Assembly (NCBI GenBank): GCA_017623895.1
Contig: JAGAOB010000047.1
Location: 1-62,228, forward strand
Source of the DNA: Clostridia bacterium
Lineage (GTDB): Bacteria; Bacillota; Clostridia; Oscillospirales; UBA644
Direction: 5' to 3'
DNA: 62,228 nt
In this document: positions 54,410-61,348 of the stretch, in pieces
Numbering within the stretch: the stretch's first letter is position 1
Layout of the letters: each line of letters opens with the position of its first letter
The notes under the pieces: model-generated
Told to the model about the DNA's origin: nothing
The model's input: only the letters and a program-made list of their open reading frames with translations
Databases searched by the model: none
Position numbers and translations under genes: made by a program

Positions 54410-55894
54410 TTATTCTTCTACGGCGACGGGAACGGGAGTCTCCTCGCCCCGCCCCAGCTCGGCGTTCATCTTTGCCAGCGTCTTTTTATCCAAATTGTAA
54501 ATTACCGCAAGGCCGATGAATTCGAGAATTGCACTGACGAGGAACAACACGGCAACAAGATAGCGCATATTCAGAGCCACGGCGGCAGTCTGTGCGCCTC
54601 CGTTTTCTCCCACGTATCCCAGCGCGACCATAATCACGAGGACCAAAGAGGGACCTGCACCTTGTGCGAGCTTGCGGAAGAAGGAGTGCAACGAGTAAAC
54701 GATGCCCTCTTCCCGCTTGCCGGTCTTCCATTGGTTGTAATCGATGGCGTCGCCCATCAGAGCCCAAGAAACGGTGGAGTAAATGCCCAGACCCAGGTTG
54801 TAGATCAGCTGGCAAACGATGTAGATGATCAAACCCTTTCCGTCGGGGGTGATGGGAAGAACCACGAGACCGACCCCTGCTACTACGGAGCAAAGAGAAC
54901 CGAAGACGCAAAGCTCTTTTTTACCGAACTTGGCAACGGCCTTCCGTGCAAAGGGAGTAAAGCACAAAATGGGAATCATAGAGAACAGCTGAATCACGCC
55001 GGAGATTTCGGGATTCTTGAAGTAGGTCTGGAACAGAACGGTGACGGCGGTAGCGGCACCCTGCATCCCAATGAACATTCCCATCGCAGCAAGGGTAGCA
55101 CCCACGGCGGGACGGTTCTTTATAAAGTTCCCGAAGGCCTTGAATACGTTGAATTTTTCCGTATTTTCATTCAGCTTAACGGTGGTGTCCACACGGATCT
55201 TGGTGGTGCGGATCATAAATTGGAAGGAAATGAATCCCAAAATACCCATAATCAGAGCGGCCCAGAATACGTTGTAGCCCTGAAGATCCTTGATCACGTC
55301 ACCCGCTTCGTCGAGAACGGGTTTGCCGTTGGCATCAACTCTGTCTTTCCAAATAAGGAAGGGAAGAATGACCATAGGGACCATATTTCCGATCATAGAA
55401 CCGACGGAACGCCACGCGGAGAGGGAAGCGCGGTCCTTTACGTCGTCGGAAATGAGGGAAAGCAGCGATCCGTAAGGAACGTTTGCCACGGTGTAGAAGG
55501 CATCCCAGATCACGTAGCCTGCAAGGAACACGATCACCTTAATGATGTGCGGTGCGTTGGGTACGGGAATAAAGCAAAGAGCGCCTGCCACCAAAAGGCC
55601 GAGGGAGCCTGCCCAGATGTAGGCAAGAAATTTGTTTCTCTTGTACTTGCGCCGATCTGCGTCGATCATCGAGCCGATCAGAGGATCGTTGATTGCGTCC
55701 CAGATCTGCACGAAAATAAGCAGAAGCGCGTAGAGCGAGTCTCCAAGACCCATAAATTGCGACCAGAAGATGGTGAGCGTTCCCTTCAGGGCAAAACTCA
55801 TATTGCATCCGAAGTCGCCTGCCGCGTAGGAGATACTGTCAAGTATACCGAACTTGCGTACTCCGTTGGCATCCAAACGTTTTTCTTTTGCCAT
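54410..55894 (-). CDS. GPH-family symporter (glucuronide transporter-like)
   Basis: ISYAAGDFGCNMSF... The start is uncertain. I prefer the ATG at 55894 (gagga RBS); 55903 and 55909 are also possible. Confidence 0.82.
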   Translation of the reverse strand: MAKEKRLDANGVRKFGILDSISYAAGDFGCNMSFALKGTLTIFWSQFMGLGDSLYALLLIFVQIWDAINDPLIGSMIDADRRKYKRNKFLAYIWAGSLGLLVAGALCFIPVPNAPHIIKVIVFLAGYVIWDAFYTVANVPYGSLLSLISDDVKDRASLSAWRSVGSMIGNMVPMVILPFLIWKDRVDANGKPVLDEAGDVIKDLQGYNVFWAALIMGILGFISFQFMIRTTKIRVDTTVKLNENTEKFNVFKAFGNFIKNRPAVGATLAAMGMFIGMQGAATAVTVLFQTYFKNPEISGVIQLFSMIPILCFTPFARKAVAKFGKKELCVFGSLCSVVAGVGLVVLPITPDGKGLIIYIVCQLIYNLGLGIYSTVSWALMGDAIDYNQWKTGKREEGIVYSLHSFFRKLAQGAGPSLVLVIMVALGYVGENGGAQTAAVALNMRYLVAVLFLVSAILEFIGLAVIYNLDKKTLAKMNAELGRGEETPVPVAVEE

Positions 55895-56139
55895 GGTTTT
55901 CATCCTCATTTCGTATGTATTTTGGGTTCCAAAAAATAGGGTGCGGAGGAATAGTGTCTTCCATATTAGTATAAAGGATTTTTCAAAAATTCGTGAGTAT
56001 TATTTTTCATAGATTTTGTATTTTTTTTATCTTTACGGGAATTTCCCTATCGTAATTGAACAAAAACTGTGATATAATAGAAATAACACTTGGAAGAAAG
56101 TATAAATTTCCCAAAAATACGACACGGGAGGGACGTGGA

Positions 56140-57384
56140 ATGGATATGGACTGTGAACGAGAGCTTCGTCTTCTTTGCGATACCTTCCGCAAGTGCCACG
56201 TTCCCGCTACGGTTTTGTCCCTTGCCGATACGGTGGGGGTTGCGGCCTCCTCCCATTTTCAGTTTCTTTCCCCCGACTTTCTCGACGGGGATCGGACGGT
56301 GCGGCAGTGTCTCGGGGATTTAGCTCCTAAAACGGTTTACAAGGTGTGCGACGGGCTGGACCGCTGCTATATCTACCTTCTTCTGCCCGACGGAAAGGAT
56401 TCCACTCTTCTTCTTTTGGGGCCGTATCTTTCGGTTGAGCCCACTCCCGCAAGAATTTTGGAGTTGACGGAGAACCTTGGGATCCCGCCCAAATCTCAAC
56501 GGTATTTTAACGAATATTACACGGCCATCCCCGTAATCTCTGCGGGAAGCCGTCTGTTCGTTCTTTTGGACACCTTTTGCGAATCTCTGTGGAACAGTCC
56601 CTCCTTCGCCATCGTCGACGTGGACCGAGAGTATCGGGTTCCCGTATCTCCCATCAACGAAACGGCGCGCAACGATAATTTTGACGAAATTCTGGTCAAT
56701 ATGAAAACGATGGAGGCCCGTTACGAATTTGAAAACGAGCTGATGCGAGCGGTAAGCCTGGGACAACTGCATAAAGAGAATCAGCTGTTGGCGGACTTCC
56801 CCGAGCAGGCCTTTGAAAAACGGGCTGCCGATCCGCTGCGCAACGCGAAAAATTATTGTGTCATTATGAATACTCTGCTGCGTAAGGCAGCGGAGGATGG
56901 GGGAGTTCACCCCGTATATCTGAACAATATTTCCTCGGAATTTGCTCTGAAGATTGAGCAAATGGCGTCCCTGTCGGGGCATATCGCATTGATGCGGGAA
57001 ATTTTTCGTTCCTACTGCCGTTTGGTGCGAAAGCATTCGATGAAGTCCTATTCTCTTTTAGTGCAAAAAACGGTACTTCTCATTGATTCGGATCTCTCCG
57101 CGAATCTGACACTGCATACCTTAGCAAAGCATCAAAACGTCAGTGAAGGCTATCTTGCTACCGTGTTCAAGCGAGATACGGGAAAGACCGTTTCTCAGTA
57201 TATTCGGGAAAAACGGGTCAAGCACGCCTCGTATCTGCTGGCAACCACCCATTTGCAGGTGCAGACCGTGGCGTTGCATTGCGGAATTGTGGACGTGCAA
57301 TACTTTTCCAAAATTTTCAAAAAGGAAACGGGAAAAACTCCGAAGGAATATCGGGAATCGGTAAAGAAGTCCGAGACAAAATAG
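56140..57384 (+). CDS. AraC-family transcriptional regulator with large N-terminal sensor region
   Basis: I chose the start at MDMDCERE (gggaggga RBS). It has a C-terminal double HTH (LTLHTLAKHQNVSEGYLATVFKRDTGKTVSQYIREKR...VALHCGIVDVQYFSKIFKKETGKTPKEYR). Confidence 0.85.
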   Translation: MDMDCERELRLLCDTFRKCHVPATVLSLADTVGVAASSHFQFLSPDFLDGDRTVRQCLGDLAPKTVYKVCDGLDRCYIYLLLPDGKDSTLLLLGPYLSVEPTPARILELTENLGIPPKSQRYFNEYYTAIPVISAGSRLFVLLDTFCESLWNSPSFAIVDVDREYRVPVSPINETARNDNFDEILVNMKTMEARYEFENELMRAVSLGQLHKENQLLADFPEQAFEKRAADPLRNAKNYCVIMNTLLRKAAEDGGVHPVYLNNISSEFALKIEQMASLSGHIALMREIFRSYCRLVRKHSMKSYSLLVQKTVLLIDSDLSANLTLHTLAKHQNVSEGYLATVFKRDTGKTVSQYIREKRVKHASYLLATTHLQVQTVALHCGIVDVQYFSKIFKKETGKTPKEYRESVKKSETK

Positions 57385-57435
57385 AAAAGCAGTTTGGAAT
57401 CTTCTATTGAATTACAGCTTTCTTTATGGTATGCT

Positions 57436-57607
57436 TGTGCTACAATAGGGACAAATAACTATTTATCCTTGCCTATTTTATCAAATTAGCGAGGCAAGGC
57501 AGGAATAACCGTCATACTTTCGGTGGTTTTACTGCTTAAAAACAAAGTCTTTAACTGCCTTTTCTTTGGTATGATTTTCAAAGTGTCGGTATGATTTTTG
57601 TCATACC
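57436..57607 (+). promoter_or_regulatory. conserved leader element, copy A
   Basis: The block tgtgctacaatagggacaaat (57436-56) is followed by hairpin ccttgcct/aggcaagg (57467-74/57492-99), ggcaggaataaccgtcatac, ggtatgattt at 57568 and 57588, and gtcatacc (57600-07). See copy B. Confidence 0.6.
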
Positions 57608-57732
57608 ATCAAAAAATAGAGTTGTCTCGTATTTTTGGGGTAACTTTATTTCCATATATAACTTGAAAAAGCATTTTGTAAATGTTATATTAAAGTTATC
57701 AAAACGAACTAGACATGCTTGAGGTGATATTT

Positions 57733-58788
57733 ATGAGAAAACCGCAAATTGTTTTACTGGTTATTGTGATCATATGTTTTTTATCTGCTTGTGAGCAAAG
57801 CGAAACAAACTCTGATGCAAACTTTGCCGTATTTCAAAATGAATCATCAAAATCTCAAACGATAGATTATCCAGAGACATCACAGGAAAAAGATTATACT
57901 ACAGAAAATAGTGAGTCTACCGTAACAAATCAGTTCACACAGAAGGATGAATCTATTCAAATTGATATACCTACTCAACCGAGCAAGCCTATAGATTCAA
58001 ACAATTCAATAAATGACAACAATGATAATGATAAAAATTTTGTAGAGGAGCTTGTTGGAATTAATAAATTACGGGTTGATTATAATTTAGGGACCTGTCG
58101 AAATTTAAGCGGAAATGTTTCGGTTATTCTATTTTTTATGGATGATTTTGAAAGTGGCTGGACAGCTGATGAAATAACAAACTTTACAAACAACGAAGTA
58201 ACACCAGGATTGGCGTTTTTGGAAAAAGAAGCAAAGTCATATGGCGTTGAATTGGATTTGAGTATAAAACAAAGTTATTCATCTATCTTTTATGATGACG
58301 AAGTTATACTAAGTATAAAAGAAACAGGACTTGCAACCATTGATGTGCTTAGTCAGGCAGCGCACGGTTTGAATTATTCTTCCGACGAAGAAATGATTGC
58401 TGACTTTAAATCTCAGTATGGAACAGAAATAGTTTGTTTTACAATATTTAACAAAAACGGTACCGCTTATGCTATTAATCCAACCAGGGGCGCAACTATG
58501 CAAATAGAGGAGCATTGCATTATTTTTGCTTATGACTTAAATTCTAATCGTAACGATCCAATAGGATCACAGTCTTCCATCATCGCCCACGAAATGTTGC
58601 ATCTTTTTGGTGCGGAGGATTTTTATGCGACTACGAACAGAAAAAATCTTGCAAAAAAATATTATCCTGCTGATATTATGTTAGGTGCAAATTATTATAT
58701 AATTACCAATAATATTGGTAATGCCACAGCGTTTTATATAGGTTGGACTGATGAAGTTCCTGATGTTCTCTATAATGAGAATTGGTAG
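57733..58788 (+). CDS. lipoprotein with HExxHxxGxxD zinc-metalloprotease motif
   Basis: I chose the start at MRKPQIVLL (gaggtga RBS). It has the lipobox FLSAC, a low-complexity Ser/Asn/Asp/Gln linker, and IIAHEMLHLFGAEDFY. The gene is AT-rich. Confidence 0.7.
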   Translation: MRKPQIVLLVIVIICFLSACEQSETNSDANFAVFQNESSKSQTIDYPETSQEKDYTTENSESTVTNQFTQKDESIQIDIPTQPSKPIDSNNSINDNNDNDKNFVEELVGINKLRVDYNLGTCRNLSGNVSVILFFMDDFESGWTADEITNFTNNEVTPGLAFLEKEAKSYGVELDLSIKQSYSSIFYDDEVILSIKETGLATIDVLSQAAHGLNYSSDEEMIADFKSQYGTEIVCFTIFNKNGTAYAINPTRGATMQIEEHCIIFAYDLNSNRNDPIGSQSSIIAHEMLHLFGAEDFYATTNRKNLAKKYYPADIMLGANYYIITNNIGNATAFYIGWTDEVPDVLYNENW

Positions 58789-58870
58789 AGATAATATTTG
58801 ATTATTAGGATTCCACCTATACAAATTTCATAGAGATGGATTTGTTCCTGATTTAACACAAGCATATGGT

Positions 58871-59025
58871 TGTGCTACAATAGGGACAAATGTATCCGTG
58901 CCTTGTTAATTTTATCAAAACTAATAAGGCACGGCAGGAATAACTGTCATACCTTAATGTGACCTTGTAAAATAAGGAAAAGTGTGGTATGATTTCTTAT
59001 ATAGAAGTATGATTTTTGTCATACC
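58871..59025 (+). promoter_or_regulatory. conserved leader element, copy B
   Basis: It has the same 21-nt block (58871-91), hairpin ccgtgcctt/aaggcacgg (58896-904/58926-34), ggcaggaataactgtcatacc, ggtatgattt at 58986, agtatgattt at 59006, and gtcatacc (59018-25). Confidence 0.6.
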
Positions 59026-59055
59026 TTGAGGAATGACTGTCAGGAGAGATAGGTA

Positions 59056-59601
59056 ATGAAAAAAAGACTAATTATCCTATGCTTAATAAAAGTTCTTATT
59101 TTGATTTTTTCGGGTTGTAATGGTAATTATGATATCAACCAATTATATAAAATTACTGATAACGGCAACTTTACCCATGATTATGTCATCAAAGACAGAT
59201 ATGATAATATTCTCATAAGTGATAAGAATGTATCACGGGAACCTAAGGTGAATGTTATAAATGAGGATTTATTGAGCGTTTCAGTTCAAACAGGTACGGG
59301 TATTTCTACTCGTTGGACAATTTATTGTGATGTTAACAGTGGGGATGTATCGGACACATATTATTCTGTTTTAGGCGAATACGCAGAGAATGTTGTATTT
59401 GCAAATTATGATAATGGAAGGCATAGTGTTATAATACAGGATATATTTAACAAAGGAGAGTATTTAAAAGAAGTAGTACTTGAGGATGTTTCTGAAACGG
59501 TAGACCCTATTGTTGACTATGTTAAATTTGATGATAAGATAAAGATAGTGTATTTAAGAGGCAACAACTTTTTAGAGACCGAACTAATAATAGAAATGTA
59601 A
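59056..59601 (+). CDS. hypothetical lipoprotein (181 aa)
   Basis: Signal peptide plus lipobox IFSGC. It is AT-rich and I recognise no motif. Confidence 0.6.
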   Translation: MKKRLIILCLIKVLILIFSGCNGNYDINQLYKITDNGNFTHDYVIKDRYDNILISDKNVSREPKVNVINEDLLSVSVQTGTGISTRWTIYCDVNSGDVSDTYYSVLGEYAENVVFANYDNGRHSVIIQDIFNKGEYLKEVVLEDVSETVDPIVDYVKFDDKIKIVYLRGNNFLETELIIEM

Positions 59602-59619
59602 TCTGTGTATTCAAAAAAC

Positions 59620-59782
59620 AGCCTCCGCTTGTCAGGGAAGGGGCACGGCAAAGCCGTGACGGAGGGGTAGTTTTCTCTCCCTCAGTCAGCTTCGCTGACA
59701 GCCGCTGACGGCGGCGGTCTCCCTTTGTCACTTCGTGAATTTCCCTCACACCGTGAGGGAATCTACCCTCATCAGAGGGAGC
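59620..59782. repeat. GC-rich multi-hairpin (REP/MITE-like) element
   Basis: Consecutive short perfect hairpins: cacggc-aaa-gccgtg (59644-58) nested in cctccg/cggagg (59622-27/59660-65), gtcagc-ttc-gctgac (59685-99), ccctcac-acc-gtgaggg (59744-60), and ccctc-atca-gaggg (59766-79). Confidence 0.7.
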
Positions 59783-59793
59783 CAATGGTTAAT

Positions 59794-59822
59794 TTGTTCC
59801 CAATTTAACGCAAGCATATAAT
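59794..59822 (+). promoter_or_regulatory. putative uxaC promoter
   Basis: TTGTTC, a 17-nt spacer, TATAAT (59817-22). Confidence 0.5.
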
Positions 59823-59858
59823 ATAAAATGAGAGACCTCGCAGGAAAGGAATTCTTTT

Positions 59859-61259
59859 ATGAGAAAATTTATGGATCGGGATTTCCTTCTTACCACCAAG
59901 ACCGCAAAAGCGCTTTATCATCAAGCCGCGGCGAAGATGCCCATCGTGGACTATCATTGCCACATTTCTCCCAAGGAGATTTATGAGGATCGGCGCTTTG
60001 AAAACATTTCTCAGGTTTGGCTGGGCGCCGACCACTACAAGTGGCGGATTATGCGCTCCGACGGTGTGGACGAGCACTATATTACGGGAGACGCCTCCGA
60101 TCGCGAAAAATTCCAAAAGTTTGCCGAGGCACTTCCGAAGGCCATCGGAAATCCGATGTACCATTGGTGCCATTTGGAATTACAGCGATACTTCGGATAT
60201 TACGGCGTCTTGAACGGGAAAACGGCACAGCAGGTCTGGGATCTTGCCGCCGAAAGGCTGAAAGAAAAGGATATGGGCGTTCGAGGCTTGATCGAGCGAA
60301 GTAACGTGGCGTTCATCGGAACCACCGACGATCCCGTAGATTCTTTGGAATGGCACGCAAAGCTCGCCGCTGACCCCACCGTAAAGACAACCGTCGCGCC
60401 CTCCTTTCGTCCCGATAAGGCCCTTAATATCGATAAGGCGGGTTGGAAAGAATATATCGAGACGCTTTCTTCTGTTTCTCAAGTTTCCATTGACGGCATT
60501 GATTCGCTGAAGGACGCATTGGGCAAGCGCATTGATTATTTCCACTCCCACGGCTGTAAGGCAAGTGACCACGGCTTGGACTTTGCCGTTTTCCGTCTTA
60601 CAGACCGCGATACGGTGGACGGTATCGTCAAACGGGGCTTGGCAGGACAGCCCGTCACCGCCCAGGAGGCGGAAATGCTGAAGACCGAGCTTTTGATGTA
60701 CTGCGCCGAGCGCTATACTGCTTTGGGTTGGGTGATGCAGATCCATTACAACTGCTTGCGCAACCCCAACACCAAGGCCCTCAACACCCTTGGTCCCGAT
60801 ACGGGATTTGACGTGATCGGGCCGAACAACGGGATATTCCCATTGGCCAAGCTCCTTGACGCGTTGCATCTTCGCGACAGCTTGCCCCGCACGGTTCTTT
60901 ACAGCCTCGATGCAGCAGACAATGCGGCTCTCGACACCTTGATCGGTGCCTTCCAAGGCCCTGAAACGGCAGGGAAGATCCAGCACGGCAGTGCGTGGTG
61001 GTTTAACGACAACAAGCAAGGGATGACCGACCAGCTGGTCAGTCTTGCAAACCTCAGCCTTTTGGGAAATTTTATCGGGATGTTAACCGATTCCCGAAGC
61101 TTTTTGAGCTATACGCGCCACGAATATTTCCGCCGTATTCTGTGTCAACTGATCGGAGAATGGGTGGAGGCGGGCGAATACCCCAACGATTTGAACGCCC
61201 TCAAGGGCATCGTTTGCGATATCTGTTATTATAACGCCGCACGGTATTTCAACCTATAA
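59859..61259 (+). CDS. uxaC: glucuronate isomerase
   Basis: DYHCHISPKEI, HYKWR, PMYHWCHLEL. 466 aa. Confidence 0.95.
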   Translation: MRKFMDRDFLLTTKTAKALYHQAAAKMPIVDYHCHISPKEIYEDRRFENISQVWLGADHYKWRIMRSDGVDEHYITGDASDREKFQKFAEALPKAIGNPMYHWCHLELQRYFGYYGVLNGKTAQQVWDLAAERLKEKDMGVRGLIERSNVAFIGTTDDPVDSLEWHAKLAADPTVKTTVAPSFRPDKALNIDKAGWKEYIETLSSVSQVSIDGIDSLKDALGKRIDYFHSHGCKASDHGLDFAVFRLTDRDTVDGIVKRGLAGQPVTAQEAEMLKTELLMYCAERYTALGWVMQIHYNCLRNPNTKALNTLGPDTGFDVIGPNNGIFPLAKLLDALHLRDSLPRTVLYSLDAADNAALDTLIGAFQGPETAGKIQHGSAWWFNDNKQGMTDQLVSLANLSLLGNFIGMLTDSRSFLSYTRHEYFRRILCQLIGEWVEAGEYPNDLNALKGIVCDICYYNAARYFNL

Positions 61260-61327
61260 TGCCCCGCAACAGTTTGCGGATCATTCCGCACGGTATTTCA
61301 ACTTATCATTCCGCACGGTATTTCAAC
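61237..61327 (+). repeat. three copies of the uxaC 3' end (ccgcacggtatttcaac) across the uxaC-uxuA spacer
   Basis: Copies lie at 61237-53 (coding, followed by cta taa), 61286-302 and 61311-27 (just upstream of the uxuA RBS). Confidence 0.85.
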
Positions 61328-61348
61328 TTGAAGTAAGGAGACATCGTT

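Noticed and set aside
53417-55939. 840-aa plus-strand ORF
   Set aside because: It is antisense to the GH2 gene and the GPH transporter, both of which have clear family motifs. It spans their intergenic terminator-like hairpin and has no motifs of its own.
57600-57660. A second promoter downstream of the phased decamer repeats (LytTR-style activation)
   Set aside because: TTGTCA follows the second repeat in both copies, but no acceptable -10 hexamer lies 16-18 nt downstream in either copy. In copy B the start codon is only ~30 nt away.
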